DNA of 64,000 nucleotides from Styela clava (Eukaryota): NCBI RefSeq assembly GCF_964204865.1, contig NC_135254.1, positions 17,794,001 to 17,858,000 of the forward strand, read 5' to 3'. Shown piece by piece: positions 39,803 to 51,583 of this stretch (position 1 is its first letter; each line of letters starts with the position of its first letter). The notes under the pieces were generated by a model. It saw only the letters and a program-made list of their open reading frames with translations, ran no database searches and was not told where the DNA came from. The position numbers and the translations under genes were made by a program.

Positions 39803-41990
39803 ATGTGGCAACGATTAATTTTCTTGAGCTTGCTTTTTAGTGTGTTTTGTAAAACATGCCATGGTGAGCGATCCGAAGACTCTCTTATATGCAAACGAGT
39901 GGACAACGATGCTGCCAATGTTTTGATCACGGGACCGCAAGGTCCTCCTGGGTTACCTGGTTTACCTGGACTGGCTGGAATGCCCGGATATGATGGCCTA
40001 CCTGGACCACCAGGAATGGACGTAGACCCCAACAGATTGGTGATTTTGGTTGAGCAAATTGTCGCAGAAGGTAAATATGTGTTTATTTTACGCGTATTCA
40101 GAATTTTTTAGTAAACTATGGACTGAATATTTATCGCGTTTTTCAAAACACAAAAGTCCATAATCAGTATGTATTATTTCATTCTTTGCTATTTTAGCTT
40201 TGTGACTTAATCGCTAAGAAAGTTTAGTCATCTCAAAAAACTACTTCAAAATATACTTGACCGAAATAATGTTCTCATGTATAATTGTGCTACGCATGGG
40301 ATCTATATATTGATTTTGACTTTACAATTTGAATATAATTTTAGTATTATTTTTATTTATCCATAAAACTCAAGTCGTTGCTTATATATATGGTAAATAG
40401 ATGACTCGTACCAATGTTTATTGTTCATCACTGACTAATTAAGAGTGGAACTGTAAATGAAAATTTCAGATTGAATTTTGTTGCAATTTGTTCGTATAAA
40501 GAAAGTATAATAGAAAATCAGTTCAATTAGCAAATTTAGATTCACATCGAACTGATCCATTCGGTGCAAAACAAACAAAAAAACTTTTTTTCACCAAGAA
40601 CGCTGATGAGTTGATTGATTGAAACTTGATTGATTTTTTTTCTTTTTGCAATAGAGTAAAATATATATAGTACTGTTTATATAACATAAGATATTGCTGC
40701 TTTGCATTAGTATTTAATTCATTTTCACAAATTGCCGCTGTAATTACAGAAAAATGTTCTCTCGAATAATGGTCTTATTCGTTTTGATAGACGTATATTA
40801 CAAAACCTGCTAGTGTGTGAGATAGTCCGACTCTCTTGTGTGCAAACGAGTCGAAACGATGATTCGAATGTTTTGATCTTCTGCCCACCACGGCAGACCA
40901 GGACGAGATGAACTAGTGGGTTTTCCGAAGATGCGTTACCCTGCTATAAAGGTTCACCTGGCATTGGGGGTAGATTACATGAGACTGGGGATAATGACAG
41001 AGCATAATTTGGCAAAAAGTATTTTGAAATATACCCATAATATGTAAAACCCCGCATGTTTTATATTTATAATTAAAAAACGATTTCCGAGTTTTTTATT
41101 TTTCGTTTCTAAACATTTTGCCCTCGACTTGATTCCTTATTTCGGTGAATATATATTACCAAATTCATCTAAAATTCTATTCATTATTTTATCTTTGTTT
41201 AAATAGAAATTTTCCCATTTCAGCTATTCATGCGATGAAGGATGTAAAACCCCAGACTTCCGACTTTCGATGCGAAAATTTAAATAACAAAGTCGAAGTC
41301 GATGGAAAATGTTTTTTCGCTGTCTTACCGGAAAATGAAGTCAAATTTCTCGCAGCTAAGCAGTTGTGCATCGATAGAGGAGCAACGCCGGCAAATATTT
41401 ACGATCGCCATCAATTCCACAAGATTATGAATTATCTTCATGAGTTAAGACAAACATTTTATCACGTATATCTTGGAATGGAGTTTGATCCTGAGGTTAG
41501 TAGTCATTAATATACTGTCAATAATTAATTATGTCACATGTTGCTAATTTTTGTCATAAAATTTGTTTCAATTCAATGAATAAAAAAGGGTATCGTGACA
41601 GGGAACATTTAGGATATTTTCAAATTTAATTTGTATTGGAATACAAATTTAGATTGGTATTAAGAACATAGGAAAACTATTACTCAAAAGAAAGAGTATA
41701 TATTTATTTTTTTAATATATAAACACTGACTTAGCGTAGAAATTTTTACTCTGCAATGTATATTTTGACAGAATGATGAACTTGCCTTCTATGACGGAAG
41801 CCCAGCTCAATACACAAGTTGGCGTTTCGGAGATCCCGTTAGACGTGTGGCGGATCCTGTGAAAATGACGCGAATAGCCATAAACGTTCTGAGTGACAGC
41901 AACAACTCCGGTAATGGAATGTTGACTACGGCTATGATTTGGCCTAAAACAGGAGTACTTTGCGAATCTGCCATAGAGAGAGAGTCTTGA
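39803..41990 (+). CDS. Collectin-like secreted protein, copy D (252 aa)
   Basis: Exons 39803-40070, 41224-41495, 41772-41990; open frame. Confidence 0.9.
40811..41020 (+). pseudogene. Decayed duplicate of collectin exon 1 inside intron 1 of copy D
   Basis: GACTCTCTTGTGTGCAAACGAGTCGAAACGATGATTCGAATGTTTTGATC aligns to the DSLICKRV(D/E)NDAANVLI coding sequence. It is followed by broken Gly-X-Y codons and GTAGATTACATGAGACTG (VDYxRL). Confidence 0.75.
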
Positions 41991-42829
41991 ATTGGAATAA
42001 GCATGACTCTATTGTCTATACTCATCTCGTATCGTGTATATCAACTTATTATTCTAATTCTAAAGACTATAACGATCCAGAATTTCCTAGAGTTTGTTGA
42101 CTGAAAGCAAATGTATGCTAATATTTGTTTTTACTATCCAGCAGTTTTATGAATTTGTCGGAGTAATATTTGATATCACTAATTTGTATGCCCGTCAGTA
42201 GTGTGATCAGTACCATGACAGCAATGAAATATAATATGAAGTCAAATATGCATGTTACTTTTTAGGGTGAATATCAAAATTTCATTGGTAATTAATGATA
42301 AACCGTTACTGTGTAATAAATACTATAACGAGTAGTTTATATGTGTTAATGTGATATGGATCGATCGGATTTGTTTCTGGGAACAGAAAGTTATGAATAT
42401 TCCTCTCACATTTAGTGTTATGGGCCTGTTAATGAAGGGGATAAGCGCTGCCAACGGGATTGCATATCCTGAGAATTATGTAATACCCTAAGTCAATCTT
42501 TTTAATGGTTATAAGAATTCATTGATAAACGCTTCGATAGTGGAGTTCTGTACATAATGCAAAATGACACAGAAAAGTGCAATAAGTTGATGCTCTTATG
42601 CAGGGTGTGGTTACTTAATTCCAAATCCATAATCTTAGGGTACTTTGTGACTCAATGTAGTAACATTTTCTGGTACTAAGACTTATAATTAGAGCCGTGA
42701 TTTTCTTTATGCAAAACATCGGTGATGAACGTACGAAATGAAGTGAACTGTTGGAAAAATTCAACCACATTAGTCCAACACAAAACACAGTCAGTTTGTC
42801 ATGAAAAATCGCAATTTATTGTACAGGCG

Positions 42830-43300
42830 GTATTCTCACGTGGTGCAACACCCGAGTTATCTTTTTGCCGCTCTCGATTAGGAGATTGTTAGTGGGGATC
42901 GTGAAGTTCCCTCCGAAGAGACAGCCCAGCATAGACCGATACGGCGACCCATAGGGCGCAGTTGGCCCCACAGATTATCATACGGGCCGACGCGCCATCC
43001 ATCTGGCTTAGAGGAGTTATCACGATTGAGAAAGTCGATAACAGGGCCTGCGTCGCTTCCTGGACTCGATAAAACCTCGCCACAACCTTGCCCATTCGAG
43101 CACGAGCAACCGAACGGACCATAGAGTCGGAAGAATTCAAAGTTTTGAACGCCTGGGTAACCCGGAAAATGTCCGTTTCGTGGGCAATATTCGGGACGCC
43201 CAGACCCCCGACCGCAGTTGTAGAACAAACAAAAAAACAGCTGACAGGTCCGGGCTGGTAACCAAAAACGGTTCTCATCAGACAACGGCAAAGATTCAGT
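42830..43300 (-). mobile_element. Non-LTR retrotransposon fragment (RT thumb region; R2/NeSL-like clade suspected)
   Basis: GC-richer block; translation GGLGVPNIAHETDIFRVTQAFKTLNSSDSMVRSVA carries the GGLG motif that follows the RT core. Confidence 0.65.
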
Positions 43301-44237
43301 GGAAGTTTAATTTATTAGACTGAAAACTAAGGAATTTTCACCGAGACGCCTTGTAAAATTAATCAGTGCAAATCGTCCGTGGTAGTAAATTCTTTCTTTT
43401 TTCAATAAACCATCCTGGATTATCTGTCATTTTGTTTTAAACGAAAGGAATATAGCTATGAATGGCGTCATACTATATCGTCGCATTTTTGAAATTATTG
43501 AATGCATTCGTAACGAGATTCTGGGTACATAATGAATAGAGAAAACATTGACGTAACTAGAGCAGTTATGTTCAAGGAACAAAGATATGGTACCCCTTTA
43601 TGAGCAGCCATTTTTTTCATAAATTTTTATAGCCAACAAGTATTTTAACTTGAAAAAACTAAAATTAGATGTTGACCAAATCGAATTTTTTGTTCACTTT
43701 GGGCCTTGTTGAGCAAGTTTTTGATATACTTGCTTTTATCTAAAATTTTGCAGTTAAAAAAAAATAGTAATATTTTCGTCATATTAATACAGATATTGAA
43801 TTTAAAACTTCATTATAGCGTCATAATATAGTTTAGTAAAATCCAATAGTATTATCTTTCTAATTTTCAGATTTTGAAATTTTTCCCAATGAGATCTTGC
43901 GTATGCAGCTGTGTGCATTACCGTAGTTCAATTACAGCATAATTTCTTGACCCTTTGCTGCCGCGGCACGGTTTAATGATCACAGCAGACTGTTTCCTAC
44001 ACTAGCTATGTAGTTCCTACAGTTCGATTTAGTTACAAAGTTCAAGCCTCTTGCTCCTGTTGGAATAGTATGCTATTCCTCAACTTCTCACCCCAACTAC
44101 AATCAGAATAAACACTAAAAACACATGAAATGATGATTCACTAATGTATATATAGTTAGCAACAGAAAAAAAAACGATATTGAAATCTTTCATCATGCTT
44201 TGGCCTTTAAGTAAAATAGGAACATGTTGATGCATTT

Positions 44238-45825
44238 TCAGATCTCTCTCTCTATTTCAGCTTCACACAGTACTCCTGTTTTGGGCCAAATCATAGCTGT
44301 TGTCAACATGCCATTGCGAGGGTTATCTCGGTCGCTCAGAACATCTATGGCAACACGTGTCATTTTCACAGGATCTGCCACATTTGGAACTGGATCTCGA
44401 CCCCGCCAACTCGCGTATTGAGTTGGAGTTCCATCATAAAGAAAGAGGTGATAATCCTGTCAAAAGATTTAGCAATTGCACTTCAGAGTTTTTGCCTAAT
44501 CATTTTTGTACATTTTTTACCGTATCAGAGATATCATATATACACCTAATGGGGTTTCAAGATAATAATTAAATTACACTCATGCCTCGAAATTAAATCT
44601 GAATTTCAACGACCAACAATAGTGTCGTGTACATGGAGGGCAGTGACATTTTATACACATCAAATGCTGCTAATTAAAGTGTATAAGAAGGCTCTGTGTG
44701 CTTTATAATTATAAAGCATTATGTCATTAATTAATGATATATATATATGCCTGTTTCAAGAAAAAGGTAGTTTGGGGTACGGTGCGACTGGGCTGGCGCT
44801 CTATAAAAGGAGCAATAATCATGATTGGTTGGCTTTGTTTTTCAAAATCTTGCAAAATGATTAAGTGTGTTTATATTTACTTTGTGTCAATATGTTACAA
44901 TGCAATCTAAGTTTATCTCCCCCCCCCCTCCCCCCGTTTCAAACTGTTTTGCCAACATTACTGATAGTTTCGCAAATTTCGTGCAACTGTCTCTTGATTA
45001 AAAATTTACAATTAGCTCTGTATGTGTCAGCGATTGTTTGTGACCATCAGTAATGTGATTGTTTTTGCGTAAGAAAAAGAATGCAACTCTATGAAAAAAA
45101 AATATTAACAATCTGTTTACAAACCGAAGGATTGAATTCCATGCCAAGATATACATGATAAAATGTTTGTCTCAAGTCGTGAAGATAATTCATTATCTTG
45201 TTGAATTGATGGCGATCGTAAATATTTGCTGGTGTTGCTCCTCTGTCGATGCACAACTGCTCCGCTGCAAGAAATTTGACTTCATACTCAGGCAAGACAG
45301 CGAAAAAACATTTACCATCCACTTCAACTTTGCTCTTTAGATTCTCACACCGAAAGTTTGGCTGTGGGTTTCTATTTTTCGATGAATGAATAGCTGAAAC
45401 GGAAAATGAGTGATATTTAATAAAAAGTCGTCAGAAACAAGAATAAAAATGAAAAAGCTGAAACCACGCACGTCTATATGTATGTTTTGTGGTCTTAAAA
45501 TACTGATTTACTTATAGCAAAAAGCACCGATTCTACAATAAACACTTATCATTGTACCTTCTGCAACTTGTTGCTCAATTGAAATCTCCAATCTGCTGTA
45601 GTCTAACCTGGGACCTGGAGCACCTGGCAATCCAGTTCGACCTCTACTTCCTTTAAGACCAGCAACTCCAGGAAAGCCTGGAGGGCCTTGCGGGCCCGTG
45701 ATCAAAACATTGGCAGCATCGTTTTCTACTCGTTTGCAAATAAGAGAGTCTTCTGATCTCTCGCACAAACAAGTTTCATAATACACGCCGATAAAAAAGC
45801 ACAAGATAATTACTCGCTGCAACAT
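44238..45825 (-). CDS. Collectin-like secreted protein, divergent inverted copy E (251 aa)
   Basis: Exons 45825-45558, 45393-45125, 44456-44238; identical exon lengths and phases to A; open frame. Confidence 0.9.
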
Positions 45826-47364
45826 TTTCTTCGCCCAAAGTATATCCAGCAGTGTTTGCGATTCGAACTCACTAGCAATATTACCGCATGTTATATATCC
45901 ACTCAAAGTTGGCAAACATTGCTTGCTTTTTTTCAGTCACTGTGCGGACCATGTTACCAAAAAAACATCCGTACGAAAAAGTTACATTATATATAGTAAT
46001 TTATATAATTATACCACTTGATGATTATAAATATAAACCCATTCATCGCCACAAATCATGTTATATATTTTAAAACCACATATGGAAAGGTCACATCTAA
46101 GAATACAATATCACGAGGCCTTGAACAGGATAAATCAAGCCGTAAACAGGATAATAAAGAACCTCAATTCGTCAATTGACGTAAATTCAATGTATCAGTT
46201 TGGGACTTTTGGTGAAATTGCAATAAAGTACTTTTCTTTGAAGTGGCCCTGAATTGCCAACAATTTCTTTTAATCGAGTGATGCAATATTCCGAGTTTTG
46301 ATGACAACGTCCTATTCTTTTTATTTTCATTAAAAATTTTGAATCATATTTTAATATTCATTCATGTGACAACGATTGCGCGAATTGTAAGAAATTTCAA
46401 TACGATACGCCCGCCATTGTACATCAAAAAATTGTTATTGTGATATTATTGTACAATAAAAAATGTTCATATTACAAATGCGTATACAATAGGTGTTTCT
46501 TACAAGTGAAGCATGTGTATGTGATTGCCTGTGCTTTGCTTTACTCATAAGCTATACGCGGTGAATCAAAAATAGATAGTATACTAAAGTATACTAAAAC
46601 ATACTGGAAACTCGTTCAACAGAACGTTTTTTACCGTTTACAAGAACCAGGGAATTCAGAAACTAGATGTGATACTGTTTACGATATATTTTTACATGTC
46701 GACTTTTTTGTTCCAAACAAGAATAGATTTAAAAAGCCATACTTAGACTTCATTGATATTTAATTGACATTGATATTAAATTCTCAGAGTTGGAATTTTG
46801 TACATTAAATGCTTTTAATTTTGAATATGACAGTCCTGTTCTGACATTGGTGCTCAGTTTATTCACTTTTGGCCTTTGACTTTTTTGTCAACTATTTTTT
46901 ATTATAACATACTATTTCAGCGCGGTGTAACTAAGCAATCATCTGCCTCTTCTGTATATGTAAATAAAAATACAGTAGCTCATCTATATAAGCCATTTAA
47001 GCAGTCATTCACTAGACTTTGTTCGGAGCAGAAGTGTGAAAAAGTGCAACGCTTGAGATATTTTTTATTACCAAGATGCTCATAATATGAATTAGGCCAA
47101 ATGGGTTATTTCATGACGAACTAACGCCATCATACTGTCTATTTGCTCGCAATAAAAGCAGACTGTCAGCGAGAGCAAATTGTGATATCACAAAAACTAT
47201 CTCCCAAATACACACGTCGAGTCGGAATCCTATCACTATGGATCCTAATTTATTCATATTTTAAAGGTTCAACAAAAGAAATGGTTTCAGCAAAATGTAC
47301 GAATTGTAGGAAACTGCCTGGTTTTCATCTTTCGATAGAAAGAACAGCAATATGAATGATGAAA

Positions 47365-48279
47365 TTATTCCGTCAAAGCTCGACAAAATCTTAACCATCG
47401 GCCACTTCGGGTTTTCTGAAAAGAAGTATTACAATTAGACACAATTAAAAAAACATAAGCAATAGCTCGATTTAACGTCATTCGCATTCTATATCCTGAC
47501 GCAATCGATATAGCCACGGGTGTAGCATGGTCATATCGTCGAAACGTAGTCGATAGCTCATCGCAGAAATTTATGGTGATTATGGTACTAGTACTTGTAT
47601 GCATTATCAATAAATAATTTTCTTGGCAATAATAAATGCTTCTTTCTAAAACATGGAATAAAAGCAATTTTTATAATAGTGGGGCCAATGTTCTGATTCA
47701 TCAAATGTCATAATCGAATAAAAGCAAGCTTGAGATTGGAAGCAGCCTTATGTCTTCTGTTATGTTACAACTGATAGGTATGCGAATTGCCAATCAGATA
47801 TTTAACAAAGATTCTCGGGCATGAGCATGCATATTCTAATAGGTTTATATTAATAGTATTTTAAAACAGATAAATAGTACTGACATCTTCATGTTTGTAT
47901 CCGCAATATTGACTGGTTCTTTCCTTGCGCCAACCATTGATATCTCGGACGATTGTTTCGTCGTGACAGCAAGCATTGTATCCTGGTTCGCACTCTGTAC
48001 GGTAGCAGTACAATCCGGTTTGTCTGAACAAAACATCAAAATTGAAATTGAAAAATGAATAACGAGTCTATTGATAAATATATATAGTAATAATGATATT
48101 CACATCAAAAATATACATATGGAATGGTGTATTAATAAAACGTATAACTGACATTAGGAAAAAAACATCCTCTCACAGATTTGGAACCATATATAGCTTA
48201 GGCAATTAAAAGCATTGTAGTCTACTTACACAGAAGTACTCACGACAATACAAACGATAAACATCAGTAACACCTTCAT
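47365..48279 (-). CDS. Small secreted cysteine-rich peptide, 79 aa (six Cys in the predicted mature region)
   Basis: Exons 48279-48230 (GT|gtaagt), 48023-47885 (ttgttcag|, |gtcagt) and 47415-47365 (cttttcag|), intron phases 2 and 0. Protein: MKVLLMFIVCIVVSTSVQTG-LYCYRTECEPGYNACCHDETIVRDINGWRKERTSQYCGYKHEDKTRSGRWLRFCRALTE*. Confidence 0.75.
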
Positions 48280-50469
48280 TTTTCTTCAACCTAACAATTT
48301 TTTCAAAATCAAATTAGTATGTAGCTGCGATAATTTAATAATAAGATCAGTAAAATCTTCTAAGAATAAGTCTGTATTTAAACGAGGATAATTATTGTCA
48401 TGATCAGTTTTGCTTTAACCGGAATATTCCACGTTCACACGGAATCACGCTCGATAAAAGCAATAAATGATATGATTGGGATGATCCTTCAGGAAAAGCT
48501 GGAAAATTCACATTTCGCCATAGGCTTCTCAATTTAGCTTCATCTAGTTGAAGTAATAGGTTTGTAACCGATATTAATGCTGAGACTGCTTTTGCTTAAT
48601 TGAATTATTTTATTTGACAATATTAAATTTACCAAGTTTAACATTTGTATAGCATCTGAATATAGGGTGGTACTATTTATGAGTCAAAATTTAGAAAAAA
48701 TGCAGTAAAATGCATTCAATAATTAGAATTATATATCCATTCAATCGCGCAATAAAAGTGACAATGCAGTCATGTATGCAAAAAAAAAAGAAGATCAGAA
48801 ATGATAGAAAATGTCACCACAAAGTAAGCTCCGTGAAATTACTTTTATTTTACTGTTGTTGAATAATAGTTATGCCATTAACGTAAGGGCATCAGTATGT
48901 CCGCAGGTTTAAGCAAATAACATAAAAAAGTGAGAGCAAGTTTACTACTGTTCTTTAAGTACAAATGATTAAGAGTAATTACAAACGATCGTTTTTTAAG
49001 GCATTTCTGGTTTTATTGTTGGATGTCAGGAGCTCAAATTGATAATATTCCAATGACACGTTCCCAAATTATTCCTGAAACCAAGAATTTAAAATATCGA
49101 ATATAATAAGTTTCAAATCGAACTAAACATATTCGTTCTGAATACATGCGCTTACCACACTTCGAACGACAATGCAATAATAATCAACAGAAAAACCTAA
49201 CATGAAAAAACGCTTACATCGAATAAACAATTGTGAATAATATTGCAAAACTAAATTTCCGTCGTGTAAAAATATTTGTTTACTTGAAAACTTTATACAT
49301 TTATTATAGCCAACCAAGCACTAACAAATCTGTTCTTTCTATGGCAATTTTGAAACTACACTTTTATTTCGTTATTGCGTTTCATTGCTATATTGAATTC
49401 TAAAGTATTATATAAAGCTGTTCTTTCAAGTGTTGACAAATGGCATGTTATCTATATGAATTAGAATTGTCTATAGATTCATCAGTACCTATTGCGTGAT
49501 CTAAATATGCAACAACTATTTTTCATATATTTTGCATATATGGATGCTATTTTGAATATAAAAGCTATAGAAAAGAAATGACGTAGATCGTCAACGACAA
49601 ATGTAGTAATTCTCGCGTGAGCCCAAAATTGAGACTAAAACTAAGCTGAGCAATTTAAAATGAAATGACGTTTTAAATATGTCGTGGTTTAACGATAATC
49701 TCGATATATTCTTTTTTTGTTCCCAATAACACTTCTTTTAAGGTTATTTCGATTTAAAGCACTCTACGAGCCTTATTATTGCCTATACTCAGAACAATTA
49801 CATACAGCCATCGGCCAAGATATATTCAACGTGTATCGGGATATTAATTTTGTTGTCACGACTGAAATTTACAGGAGATTTTATCCTGTTCTGATTTTTT
49901 ACGGATACGAATACGATTCATTTAGAACATAACCTTGACTAGTCATAATGTGATGAATAACATAATACAAACATACCGATGTATGATGATATGCGATATA
50001 ATTTTCAAAATATGAGTAGGTAATTTTAAAACTCTGACATTCATCATTATAGACATAAAAGAATATCAATTATGTCTATAAGTTTAGAAATAATTTCGAT
50101 TTTTTGTACGTATATATATTATGATTTAAACAAATCACTGACGACGACTCGGCGAAAAAATTTGAAGGCAATAAAAGATGGTAAGGATTTTGGGTAAATA
50201 AAATGTAGTTTTCTACAGCAGTGTTTAATTGAAGATCATCACCGATCTCGTTCGTTTACTTTCTTTTGTACACCTTTTAATGAGATTTTTTTGATATTAC
50301 TACTTTTTTGTCACATCGATATGCTGTATTAAAATAGAAAACACATTCCCTTCTTGACTGAAAAATACTGAGAGAAGAGTTGTAGGTAACAGTTGGCGTT
50401 CTTAACGATACATGTTAGTTCATCCTAGCAACAGGGATGCTTGTACATAGCGGTTGATCGAGACAATAG

Positions 50470-50750
50470 GATAAGATTTACATATTCATCCCGGGAGAGA
50501 GTAAAGCCGACATAACGGTCTCGTCTGGTCACCGATTTATGTCGGGTATGAGATTAGTTAGCCAGTGTTTTTTCAGACACATGAACTTGGAGGTGGAGAA
50601 AACCGTAACCGAACAGGGGGTACATGAACTACCCTACACGGCGGCGAGGAGATCCCCCAAGGAATTCGAACCTGCGAACCCACATAGAGTAATCAGGTGA
50701 GGTGGCATGCCTATTCTTGGCAGTTAGCACGAAGCACTGCACCACCACGC
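50470..50750 (-). mobile_element. tRNA-derived SINE
   Basis: The minus strand begins GCGTGGTGGTGCAGTG (A-box-like), has B-box GGTTCGAATTCC (50672-50661), and ends in a CTTATCCTAT-type tail. Other copies are present in the window. Confidence 0.7.
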
Positions 50751-51317
50751 AATTCAACCAAATACCACAGATTTAACAAGGTCCATTTTTGGACACCTAG
50801 TGGAAATAACGATCGTTTCAATATTATGTTGGTCTTGTTGTTGTTCTTTGACACTTTTTGGACGTCTAGTGGAAAATCTAAAAAACCGCTTTTCTTTTTC
50901 ATTACTGGACCGATTGCTTCGAAATATTTACTGGTTGAAGATGAAATTTTTCTCCAGAAGGCTATTACTTTTATTTATTTCAAATATTTCTGTTAGCTCT
51001 GTGAGATTTGTTTTTGTTTGCTATGACGTCACCGAACGTTCTGCGGACGCATAGCCGACACTCCTCTTCTTTTTGATCACGTGCCATCGAACGTCGATGG
51101 TTCGTAACGAAGTCCTTACGGTACAGTATTGCAATAATGTTGGTTTTCTTTTCTGCGGGGACGTTCAGCGAAAGTTGGAAGTTCTACTGTACTGCTTCGC
51201 TTGGTGTGAATATATTTGTAGACTGTGATCTGACGGTACGGTAAACCGTACTGTACTGCGAACAGACGTGTCCATATATTTGGGCGTAGCTCTCTTGTTG
51301 TATATATGTTTGATCCG

Positions 51318-51583
51318 CAGTGGCGTATCTAGGGTGTGGCAGCCATGGCTCGTGCCACGGGCGCCGTATGAACAGGGGCGCAAAAAGAGCGAAAAGTTTT
51401 AATCGTAAATTATAATAAAATAATTTTAAATCGAAAATATTTGGAACTCGTATTCTTGCTAACATATTAACGTACAAGTATCTCAATTAAACAGCAGCCG
51501 TTGAAAATTGCCAGTCAACGATCAATGGGGCGCATTTATTTCAAATTTTGCCATGGGCGCCATTTTACGTAGATATGCCACTG
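51318..51583. mobile_element. hAT-type MITE, 266 bp
   Basis: TIR CAGTGGCGTATCTA / TAGATATGCCACTG; perfect TSD TTGATCCG. Confidence 0.9.

Noticed and set aside
50655-50750. tRNA gene
   Set aside because: A/B-box-like motifs but no cloverleaf seen, and it is attached to a repeated SINE body.
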